Part shown: positions 12,350-23,769 of the stretch, in pieces
Numbering within the stretch: the stretch's first letter is position 1
How the letters are laid out: each line of letters begins with the position of its first letter
DNA from: Entomortierella parvispora E1425
Taxonomy: Eukaryota; Fungi; Mortierellomycota
Length of the DNA stretch: 64,000 bases
NCBI GenBank assembly: GCA_020891255.1
Contig: BQFW01000002.1
Span: 3,720,001 to 3,784,000, forward strand
Direction: 5' to 3'
Notes under the pieces: model-generated
Database searches by the model: none
Told to the model about the DNA's origin: nothing
What the model saw: the letters and a program-made list of their open reading frames with translations, nothing else
Program-made: the position numbers and the translations under genes

Positions 12350-13851
12350 ATGTATCCTCTCCATTCACACTCTGCTCTTTTACTCCTTGCCTGTGCTATT
12401 GCTGTTGCAGCCAGTACTAGGACTGTGTTTACTCCCCACACTAGCTCCTTGGACACTGTCAGACCTGTCGTCTTTTACCATGGCATGGGCGACTCTGCTC
12501 ATTCGAAAGGAATGGAGGAACTCTTTGACTCGCTCAGGGCTTTTGCGCCAGAGATCTTTATCCACAGCGTATCTGTAAGAAATTGTGGCTCTCCCGTCCA
12601 CCGTCAGTGTATTGTAGTGATGAATATGAGATATAATATAAGAGGACCGCTGACGACTCTACTCCACAATGTTATTTAGTTGGCTGAATCCGAGGCAGAG
12701 GACCAGCGTGCAGGATTCTTTGGCAACGTGAACCACCAAGTATATATCAGCCATGGAAGGAGTGACCGTTGTCAACTCATATGCTCTCCAGGGATCAGCA
12801 TTCTAACAACCATCTCTCTGGTTTTTTGTGCATGTCTGAAGATTGAAACTGTCTGCGAACAACTCAAGGGTATCCCAGAGCTGTCTAAAGGATTCAACGC
12901 AGTCGGGTTCTCTCAGGGAGGCCAGTTTTTGAGGGCCTATATCCAGAGATGCAACGACCCGCCTGTCCATAACCTCGTGACAGTGGGTTCTCAACATGGA
13001 GGCGTGTCAGATATCCCAGGCTGTGTCCAGGCCGATGCCTCCTGTCGGCTGATGAGAACCATTGCACGGTCTGGTGTTTATAGCGGCTATGTGCGCGACC
13101 ACATTGTACAGGCTCAATACTACAAGGTACCGTGATCACTGCCCATCCCTCTCCAATGAGTGAGTAGTATCAAGACTAACTCTTTGGTGGTAACATGGGT
13201 ACCACATTGCACATTTTTAGGACCCAAAGAATTTGGCCACCTACTTGAGCAGGAACATCTTTTTGCCCGACATTAACAATGAGCTGGCTTTGAAGAACAC
13301 CACTTACGTCAGACATCTTACCAGCATCAACAAGTTGGCAATGTTCATGTTTATGGAGGATATCACTGTCAAGCCAAAGGAGACGGCTTGGTTCGGATTC
13401 CAAGACGAAAATGGCGACATCATTGAACTGGAAGAGCAAGACCAGTACAAAGAGAATTGGCTTGGACTAAAGACGATGGATCGAGCTGGAAAGCTATCTT
13501 TTGAGCTTTTTCAAGGAGAACATGTAAGAATCCTTTGTTTGCGTGGCTCAGATCATGGAGGGCGGTTGAGTTCAACATAGGCACTGACACAACCCTGTTA
13601 TTGTTGGTTTCATTCATGGCCGACAGATGCGATTCAGCGTTGACGAGTTCATAGACAACATTGCGATTCCATACATCTTTGAGTTGGAGACAGTGGAGGA
13701 AGGCAAAAAGAGAAAGCAAAAGAACATGGAGCGCTATCGTCAAATTCAAAAAGAACAGCAGCAAAGACAACAATCGGGAATGAACGATCAAACTAACATC
13801 TTGAACCGCTTCAATGATCTGGACCAGACCTTGCAGACAACCTTGGGCTAA
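12350..13851 (+). CDS. PPT1: Palmitoyl-protein thioesterase 1 (secreted/vacuolar alpha/beta hydrolase); 5 exons
   Basis: Signal peptide MYPLHSHSALLLLACAIAVAA; PVVFYHGMGDS; nucleophile elbow GFSQGGQFLRAYIQRCNDPPVHNL; DITVKPKETAWFGF (Asp); GEH (His). Confidence 0.93.
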
Positions 13852-13976
13852 ATGTTCATGTGCAACCAACAGCTTGTCTTAAATAAATAATATGATCTTT
13901 CCTTGGCAATGGTGCGCCGATGAACCCGATGTGCAGCTTTTTGTTTATTTTGGGCTGTGAGCGATTCACGGCTTTT

Positions 13977-14827
13977 TTAGAATCCAAAACGAGCCTTTGT
14001 GTTGCCGTTCAACTGTGAGTACCGCTCCGAAGCTTTCCAGACTGCCAAAGAGGCTTTTGAATCGACCTGTTCCTTGACTTTCCACAAGCTTGGGGTCAAG
14101 GTGGCTGACAAGGGGTTCTCCAGACCCTTGGGCACCAACAACAAGATCCGATCAATGACCTGAGCAGTCTTGATATCGGCCAAAGTGACTCCTTGACCGA
14201 CATAGTGTCCCTTGTCTCCATTTGCCTTCAAATGTCCCTCATGGATCTGAATCCATTTTGCCAACGTCTCGGCATAGAACTTTGTCGCAGCGTCCACTCT
14301 GGCCTCTGGAGCGGCACCCACGATCTGTTGAGCAAATGCTTGGAGAAGGACGTCCGTGCTTTGGAAGTAACGGTTGACGAGGTGCTCTTCCCAGATGTTG
14401 CCTCCCAAGAGGTTGAACTTCTGACCGAGGTAGCGCTCGATAGCCTGGGACTCTGCAATCTCGAGAACAATAGGCGCGGAGGAACCCTCGGTGGTGACAG
14501 AGGTGCGTTCGTAGAGGACAGGTGCAACCTGGAAAGGCACCAATGGCTTTTGAGTGGGCCAGTCCTACATTAGATGAAATAAAGACGGTGAGTGTCCATG
14601 TATCGAAGTACTAGGGCCTTTTAGATAACGACCGAACCCCTTACCACAGGGAGTTCTTCCCAGTTAACGGCGCCATAGGCAAGGAGGTTGCGGATCAGCT
14701 CACTCCTTCCGTTCAAGGGAAAGTAAAGCAATTGAAAGACAGAGTCCTTGGCAGGAGAGGCGGCTGCTTTCGCCAGATCTTGAGTAGAGGCCTTGGTGGC
14801 GACGGGAAGTGTGGCAGGGGAAGACAT
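13977..14827 (-). CDS. Glutathione S-transferase (N-terminal Tyr, sigma-like); 2 exons
   Basis: LLYFPLNGRSELIRNLLAYG..W, then |DWPTQKPLVPFQVAPVL, IAESQAIERYL, and the C-terminal domain motif GHYVGQGVTLADI. Confidence 0.88.
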
Positions 14828-15723
14828 ATTGCGTTGTTTGGTAGAGGCGAAAGAGAGCAAGGGGTTGGTGTTTTGGCTGGTGTTTTGGTGTTGAGGGTAT
14901 CCTTTTTTTTGTTGTGTATGTGGGACCAATTGATCTGCTTTTATACCTTTTCCTTGGGTTTCTACAGTCTGTTGTTTCTTTCTCCAAGAAGTAAGTATTG
15001 CTATGGGATGGGGTACAACGGAGACTGAAGAATAGGCCCATTCCGTGCACAAATGACGCGACTCCCAGCACTTGCAAAATAATTTCCCACAGAAACAACC
15101 ATCGCTGGAAGCTAGAAATCATATTTGAGGGGGACGCGACTGCGCCAAATTATCGCGCCATCTCCGAGGTCGGAGGGACAAGATCAGTTTTTTTTGTGTC
15201 CACAGCAGGCATACCCATTCCAAACGGGTTTATCGTTTTTGAAACGTGTGGGGTGCGGGGAGGGGAGGTATGAGCTTTGGAATGTTTTGGCAGCGTTGTG
15301 CAGACCACGAAAACTAGGATGAACGCGTCATTTGACGCGTCCATTGTAGGCGAAAGTTCTAGTCGTTGCCTGCGCACCCCCAACATGACGCTGATCGCTG
15401 AGGTTTAATGTACAGTAGGAAACTGTATGTACTCAATGGCAATCGTGGCTTTTGCTCATGCTCACGTAATAACGTAATACCCATAAAAACGATCATCGCA
15501 ACAACGTAGCTGCTGAGGGTTGACGTTGAAGAAAGCGACATGATCTAGCTAAAGTAGGCACTGCAGGCACTGCAGGATGGTTAAAAGCAAGATGAGATTC
15601 TGACCTCCCTCCTTGAATAGTACGAGTGTTCGATAAGGGAAGTAGGGAAACATCGAACAAAGGGGGTTGTTGCATCTGTCCCTGCCTTTGGGCCTGAGGA
15701 TAAAATAAAATCATAAAAAGCGG

Positions 15724-15733
15724 CTATAAATAA
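15724..15733 (+). promoter_or_regulatory. TATA-like element upstream of the CT-rich leader of the 16218 gene
   Basis: CTATAAATAA at ~15724, followed downstream by a pyrimidine-rich stretch (~15870-16217) typical of these promoters. Confidence 0.4.
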
Positions 15734-16217
15734 AATTTATTCCAGCTATTTTATTAATAGAAAGAGAGAAGAATAGAAGGACAAATCTTCGCTGATGAAT
15801 TGAACCGTTGAGAGCCGTTGTTGAGAGAACAAGGCAGACGGACAGAGAAAGCGAACAAACAGACACGGGCAGACGACCATGGCTCTCGTTTGTCTTTCTC
15901 ATCTGCAACATCCGCCTCCTTGCCAGCGCATTCTTTTTCGTTGTCATTGCATCCCCATCGATCCATCCATTTCCCCTTTTCCCCTCCATTTTCTTTGTGC
16001 TGTTTTTCCCGCTGTCTCCTGTCTATCACCTTTTCCTCGTTCAATCCCTTCATTAATTTCACGCGTCAAGGAACGACCAACCCCTCTTCTTCGCCCCTTC
16101 TTCCTTCGTCCTTGACCCTCTCCTCCTCTTCCTCCCGCCTATTGTCTTTATTCCCTTCATTCGATTCCATCTCACTCTAACGACTGCAACCACTATCACC
16201 CTTCCCTAGCCGACACC

Positions 16218-19200
16218 ATGGCGTCCTGGCAACTCAAGAACAAGCGTGGTCCGGGAGGCGGACTTTCAGGAACCAGCACCTTGAACCCGATTGCTGCCTC
16301 TTCCTCTCACACCCACGCCAACTCCTCCTCATTACAGCCACCCTCACAACAGCAACTCCATCTCTCTTCCCATCTCGACACAGGCGATGACATGGTCCGC
16401 CAGTTTGCTGCATCTCAAATCGACACCCAAAAGACCGCATTCATGCGATGGGTCAATGTCCAGCTTGCCAAGACCACCACTTATGTGCCCATGGCCACGA
16501 TCGAGCGAGACCTCAGAGACGGCAAGAGGCTCATTGGCTTGCTGGAGGTTGTTGCCAAGGAGCCGCTCAAGCCCGAGCGCGGCAATATGCGCATCCATCA
16601 GATGGCAAACGTCTCCAAGGCGCTGTCATTCCTGGAGAAGCGCACGGACGAACCCTTGGGCTCGATCGGAAACGAAGATATTGTCGACGGCAACGTCAAG
16701 CTGACACTGGGTCTGATCTGGATCATCATCTATCGGTTCCAGATTCAGCATGTTGCCAACACCATGACGGAGATCTACCCTTCTCTCACCGAAGATATCC
16801 ATCAGGTATTGATTTCTTTATTCTCTTCTTTCTGGGGGTAGGGCGTTCGTCCGTGTTTGTCCGTGACAGCGCCATGCGCCATGTGGTCTCTGTTGTCTGT
16901 GCTTTTGTTTTTTGTGGGCATGCATGCATCGTTCTCTTCCAGGGAACATCAAGGAACAAACGACAAAAAGTGGTTCTGTTGTCGGTGGTGGCAAAGGGGC
17001 AGCCGATACGGTTTTGGTTAATTTATTATGGTTACCTCGTTTGAGAGCCTTTGTTCACAAGGATTTCTTCCCTTCTTTTTTTTGTTTCTTGTCCCTTTTA
17101 TTGAAGAGTGGGGGAAGTGAGGGGCATGTTTGACAAAACGGCGACACGGAAGCGACACTACATGATCATTAAACATCATTCCCTTTTTTTTGTGTTATTA
17201 ATGGATATAGGATGGAGACGATAGCACGGCGTCGGCAGTGTTTATAATCAAGGGCAAGAAAAAAGGATCCTCACAACAGGTGGATGCAAAGCAGGCTCTT
17301 TTGCGTTGGGTTCGTCTCCAACTCGAGGACTATTCGGATGTGATCCCACCCATTCAGGATTTTCATCGCTCCTGGAGAACAGGAATCGCCTTTGCTGCTT
17401 TGATCCACCGATACGACCCCGACTTCCTACCAGAGTTTTATACTTCGACTCTTCAGGCACCTAATGAGACTATCGAACAGTGGCGCACCACCCTCACTCT
17501 TGCTTTTGACACTGCCTTTGAAAAGATGAATCTGCCCAAACTGCTGGATGCTGAGGATTTGGTGGATGTGGAAACGCCCGATGAACGGTCCATTATGACC
17601 TACGTCTCGGAATATTATCTGGTCATGTCCAAACACGAGCAGGAGCAGGATCCCGCCACCACTGAACAACAGCATACACAGCGTGTCCAGGCCAAGAAAG
17701 AGCGCCAGACTGTCGCAGGAGAGGATCAACAGGCAGCTTTGCGAAGAATCAAGGAAGAGGAGGAACGCAAGAAACGCGAGGAGCAAGAAGAACTGGAGCG
17801 TATCCGACTCAAACGTCTCGAAATCGAGGGCTGGTCCGTTCGTGCGGCTGAACGCGCTCGCGAGGAGGAAGAAGCCCGGAGGAAGCGACGTGAAGAGGAA
17901 GAACAAAAAAGTCTTCAACGAAAGCTTCGGAGAGAACAGCGTGAGCGTGAAAAGGCCCAGTTGTTTCAACAAGCCAATGGAGGCAGAAGATACTCCAGGA
18001 GTGCTCTCGAATCCAGTGCAGAAGTTTTAATTACAGAGACAGAGCCGGGGCATTCAACCTCCGAATCTGAGCCCATGGACCCCGAGGAGGTGGCGAAACG
18101 TCAAGGAGAATTGGACGAAAAGCTGGAGGTCTATTTACAACTGTCCAACGATTTCTCGGACTGGATCCAGCAACAGGAGGACCAGTTTCCGCAGACTCCA
18201 GATATCTCTACGCCTCTTGAGCGTTCTGATCTGGAATCGTTCACAACAGCCATTGAGGAGGCTGAGGCTGAATGGGCATCCAAGGAGGAAGAGCTTGCTC
18301 AGATTCATGGAACCCGCGATGAGCTATTGGACTTTGAATCCCCTGAACTCACAATAGACCAGGCCAACCAGGTGGACAAGATTTGGTTCGACATGGACGC
18401 TTCCTGGAATGCCCTCCGTAAAAAAGCCACAGAGGCCAAGATTGCGCTTCAGGAGATTCAGTGGATCGTCGAATGCTCCCAGGAAATGGATCGCATCATG
18501 GTGGAAGTGCAGAGGTTCGAGGCTCAGCTCCAGGCTGCAGCTGAAAAGCGCATGCAGGATTCCCTGGAAGCGCGATCTCAGTCATCTTTGCTGGACTTTC
18601 AGGATTCAAACCTCTTCTCGATGAAAATGGTTCTTAAAAAGTACTCCGAGATTCTCTCCTCTCTGCTGGACTCGACAGCACACGCAACACCCGAACATCT
18701 CTCAGAAAGGAACCAGGATCTCTCGCAATTGCGACTTCCTCACGTCGTGTCGACTTTAGAAGTAGCACAGCAGAGTCTATCCACGGACCGATCTCTCAGG
18801 ACGTTCTTGAGTGCCTACGAAATTGCGTCAGAAACGATCGAAAAGGCCCTCGAGTGGTTATCTACCCTGGAGAATCCAACTTTTGTGTCAGAGGATGTCT
18901 GGAAGGGATCAGATTCTGTTAAAGAGTACCTTGCCAGGGACGCCAAAGTGGATCTGGATTTTGAACCATTGGAGAACGATCTGAAGGCCTTCAAAACACA
19001 GCTGGAGGAGGAGCAGCAAAAATTGAATGATTTCCGTGCTAATGGATTGACTCGATTGCAGGAAGATTCTCAAGTAGTGCTCGACAACCTTGAGCAAACA
19101 AACGACATCACCGCACCAGTAACAACAATAGCAGTGCAAGGAAAAGTCAAGGAGGTGGCCGACAAGTTTGAAAGAGCAGAGGAACTGTTCCCAAAAGAGG

Positions 19201-22200
19201 CTGCGCGGTACGCCTATGCATCCCGAGTTCTGGACTATCTGATTGCTGCACGCACGACACTCTCGCAACTTGAATCGGTTTACATAACAGTATCAAACTG
19301 GACAAACCCTCAGCCCGCTACTGAAATCGAGCCCGAGGTTGAGCGGGTCGAAGTTGGACTGGCTCAACTCGAGTCTGCATTCAAGGAGCAACGTGATCAA
19401 GAGCCTCATGTCTGGGAGTCGATCCAAACGCGACATTCTGGACTTGCCAACCTCGTCAAGGATCTCCGGTCAGGATTCCAGGACAGGCAATTGTCTCTTA
19501 AGGATGAGCAGCAGCTCAAAGAGTTTTTGGAGCTTGTCCACATCTGTCAAACAACCCTTCGCGACTTCCGATCACAACTTTATGACAAGACACCTTTCAG
19601 TGGATTCGCTCTGGATGACGCAAAGCCTCAAGAAACCTTTTCAACAATGGTCTCTAGTGTACGACAGTCCTTTGAAGCCTTTGAGCATGGAACATATGTG
19701 ACCTTTGACAGGTTGGCAGCGGCTGTATCTGAGTCTATAGCAAGACCTGGATTTAAGCAAGACCCTACGTCCATTCAAAACAAGATTGCCAGCGTTCAGA
19801 GACTATTGAGCGATATTCGTGCACTGCAACTGGATCGGGAACGCGATGTGAGGACTCTCAAGGAGTGCCGCCGCGTTGCAGGACAGCTCTTGGGATTGAA
19901 CTTGACCTTGGCAGAAGTGGAATCCAAGCTGGCAGCCATCGAACTCACAGAAGGCGATCAGTCAGAGTCCTTAAGTGAGCTCGCCGACCAATTCAATCAC
20001 GCCGCCAACGCAATTGCACAGTCGGAGCAGGAGATTGTCTATCGTCATCTGGTCCAGGACCCCTCTTGCACAATTTTGTTGCGGGAGATCAGGGATCGAC
20101 AGGCCAACATTCGACAGATGCAATCTCGTTTGTTGTCTGGATTGGAGGTTGGTCAGCAATGGAGTATCCTCTGGGACCAGTATTCGGATACTGTTGCATC
20201 TATGGAGCTATCCCTCAAGGAGACTGAAGGCGAAATCGTAGGACGAGGCATCTGGAATATGAATGGTCTCGCGGATGGAGAAAAGAACTGGAAAAAGACA
20301 GAGGATGAGCTTCACGATGCTGAGGATGCGAACAACAAGTCTCTTACGAGCTTGAAACAATTCCAGAAAGCTCGTATGGTCGAACTGGCTTCCCTCAAGA
20401 CATCTCTTCATCAATCCATGCAACAGTCTGGAGGAATCGAATCTGTGGACCAATACAGACGTGACCAGTATCATGAGGCAGAGAAGCTGCAGCAGCAAAT
20501 TCGCACTCAATTGCAGCGATTACTCCTCATGGTCAGCCAAGAGGGATTCCAGCTTGAAATTTTGGGACAGCGACTTGTCTGGTCGCAACAACTGAGCGGA
20601 TCAAAAGTTGAAGTTGAATCTTCCACAACCTCTTGTATTGGTAAGTACACCTCTTTTCTCTGATATCTTGGACCCTTTGGTATGCTCGTAATTCTGTTCT
20701 CGACTCACATTGCATTTCTTCTTGTGGCAAATAGCCTTTGTGCAAGAGTATTCTCGATTGTTGACGAAGTGTAGCGAGCACAACGACACTTCAGGTATGT
20801 CAGCTTGATTTGATAAAGGCAAAGGAGTGTATTTTGATTGACATCTAATAAGATATCTTTATTTCACCAGCATTCACCCTCAAGGTCGCGGATAGACTCA
20901 AGCAGCAGGCGGATCAAATTGCATCCACTGCAGCAACGCAAAAGGAAGCAACATTCGACGTTTCTCTTGCCATCTATCAATCCATGACAGAGCTTGCAAC
21001 AGTTGCGGCGCCAGGGGAGACTACTACCGAGGAAAAAAAGATCCCGCTCCATCTCGAGGTCGAACTCTACGAATTCAAGAACCAGTACAGTCTCTTGGAT
21101 CTCCACCTGGCTCACATTCAGGATATTGCTGGACACGGTGCTTCTGTGGGCTCCTTCTTGCGCAAGGTCGATGTCATGGACACTGGATTCTTGCGCATGG
21201 CCACAGAATTGAAGGCCGAAAAAGAGGCCACATTAAAGACATTGGAGAAGTTGGAAGCAATCCGTGCGGAGTTGGAGGACCTGACAACGGAATCTCGGAC
21301 CCTGCTCAAGGTTCCCAAAGCCGTGGACAGAGTGAACGATTTATACACTTCTCTGCAGCAACAGACACGACTGGATCTCGAAAAGATGTTTACGCTACGA
21401 TTGAGCCATAGCAGGGAATTGAGCGTAGGATTGAATCCCCTTTTACTGGAATTCAAGGCGCTGCTCGCTTACCAGACTGGACTACGCCAGCTTGCGGAGG
21501 AAATGAACGAGCATGAACGATGGATCTCTAAATCCGCTCAAAGAGTTCAATCGGTCCAAGACCAGATCAAGCAAATGTTCTCGTCCTGGCCTGGCGACGA
21601 GCTGGAGCAGAGGCGTGCTCAGGCGCACGACACCATGGTTGTATTTGATGTGGATGAGCAAGTCGAAGTGGACGATCTGGACGTGCTGATGGCAGACATG
21701 GACAAGGAGTTTGCACACGTCCAGGCTCAAAAGCCCGCTTTCCAAAAGACGCGCGAGAGCATCGAAATCGCCTTGGAGAATGCAACTGCACACTCGAAGC
21801 AACTGCAGCTTGAGCTGGAATGGATCGTGGATAACTTGGCCACCAAGATTCAGAGACTCGAGACCGACATCCGCACAAAGTCATTGCAGCTTCAGGCATT
21901 GGAACGTCGTGCGATCTGGGAGAAGGAGATTGAGGTAGCCCGGTCTTGGTTCAAGGATTTCGCCAAGGCTGTCATCTTGTTTGCACGAGAGCAGTCGAAG
22001 TGGAAGGCCAATCACCACCGCGACTTTGATGATGCAGCATCGATTCGGTCGTACAGAACGACAGCGAGTCGAATGGTGATTGATCGATTGGGACTTTCGG
22101 TCATGGAGTTTGAGGACCAAGTCGAGGTCTTTGAGACAGAGTCGCGTCCTCGCGTGGACAAGGCCTGGTCCGAGTTGTGCTCCGCTTTGGTGTTTATTGC

Positions 22201-22607
22201 TCGCTCAGTCCCTGAAGAGTTCCAGAGGCGACAGACGGCCTTGGCCCATGAGTTTGACGAGATCCGCAAGCAAGTTACGTATAGCTCTCATATCGTAACC
22301 CAGCGCAAGTCGCTCGAAGACGTGGCGTTTAGACTGGAGGAGCTAGACGGCTACAAGGAGGAGCTCCGATCCAGTGGTATGTCTATCAAGAGCGGACGGT
22401 ATGGACCAGAGGCGACCGCTCCTGTAAAGACCAAGAAAGGTAATTTACTGATTTTGTGTGCAATGGAGAACGAAAGTCGAGGTTGCGCGTGCGAATTTGA
22501 GGATACTGACCTTTTTTTTTCTTTTTCTCATTCACTCTATTATGAACGTAGCTGAGAAAGGATGGAGCAGATTCCAGGCAAAGGTCAAGAAGCTGACGCG
22601 AAAATAA
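16218..22607 (+). CDS. ~1900-aa actin-binding protein: tandem CH domains (alpha-actinin/spectrin-type ABD), an ER/K charged helix, and a long spectrin-like/coiled-coil rod
   Basis: Exons 16218-16805, 17211-20640, 20735-20794, 20871-22439 and 22552-22607 total 5703 nt, in frame. CH1: IDTQKTAFMRWVNVQL, IGNEDIVDGNVKLTLGLIWIIIYRFQI. CH2: AKQALLRWV, IQDFHRSWRTGIAFAALIH, LLDAEDLVDVETPDERSIMTYVSEYY. Confidence 0.88.
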
Positions 22608-23300
22608 TCAATTGTGGACAAATGAGCAGCGAAAGAAAACATGCACACACACGCCCTGACCCAAGCAACAAACGACAAACATTTTATACCCTCACCAACC
22701 AACTGTTACGAACATTTAACGACTTTTTTCATGAACACCATTTAATGACTTTGACCATGCAACAACACAGCACCGAACACGACCAAAATTTACTAGAAAT
22801 AAAAAACCAAAAAAAAAAAAAAAAAAAAAAAAAAGACCTTCAATAACAACCCTGAAAACAAGCAGTGGTGTACTCCTATTCAATAAGATCGGGCATCGTC
22901 ACCAGATCAGAACACCACGGACACTCCTTTGGATCAAGGGGGCCAGGAGCCAAGCGGCCATGGCGGATGGGGCTAAAAAGAAACGGCGCGCACGGCTTTT
23001 TTTGGATCCACAGCGAAGAACACAAAGGTGCCCCCGCCAATTCCCAATTTGGATTTCGTGGGAAGAAAAAACACCGTGCGAACGACGGGTGGACGGACAG
23101 GCGACTGACACGGCGACGAGGCCCTTTTTTGATTCTTTTTCTTCTTTTTCTTCTTTTCTCCTTTACGTCTCCACATCTATCCCTCCTCCCCTTCCTTCTC
23201 TTCCTCTCCACCCCTCTCTCTGTTTCTCTCTGTCTTCGTCTTCCCTTCCTCCTCTCTCCTCCTCTCAGTATCTTTCTTCCCATAACCATCATATTCAGCC

Positions 23301-23732
23301 ATGTCTGATCTGCTTTCCCCCAACTACCAGGCTGGTCTGCCCCACACGGTCAAGAACACCTCTGGCTACATCGAGAATGCTTTCCCCGGCAAGGAGGAGC
23401 AGATGCTCCAGGTCACCGAGTACTTGAGCGAGAAGGCCTTCATCCCTGCCGCCCTGGCCCAGAACGAGGTCTCGTGGTTCTACGGGTAAGATTTTTTATT
23501 TTTTATTCTCGTTTGACTGGACGGACCAAGCCGTCGGCATGTCTGCATGTCACATGAACCCCAGCCCCACCCTTCCAAGGGGAGAGAGGAATGCGAATGA
23601 TGGAGATGAAGATGACGAATATGACTCCAGCCGCGCTCTCTTTCCATCGACACGACACAGAGCACAAAAAAAAGAAAAAGCTTGCTCGACTGAAACGGAA
23701 CAAAGGACATCGATCCATTGTCTAACACTTTA

Positions 23733-23769
<37 letters not shown>

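Noticed and set aside
14897-14906. GTATCCTTT, U12-type donor consensus
   Set aside because: On the + strand outside any + strand gene; no matching U12 branch site. No U12 introns were found in the modelled genes.
22865-23308. Several overlapping 70-155-aa ORFs upstream of GDH2
   Set aside because: Products of the pyrimidine-rich promoter/leader on both strands.
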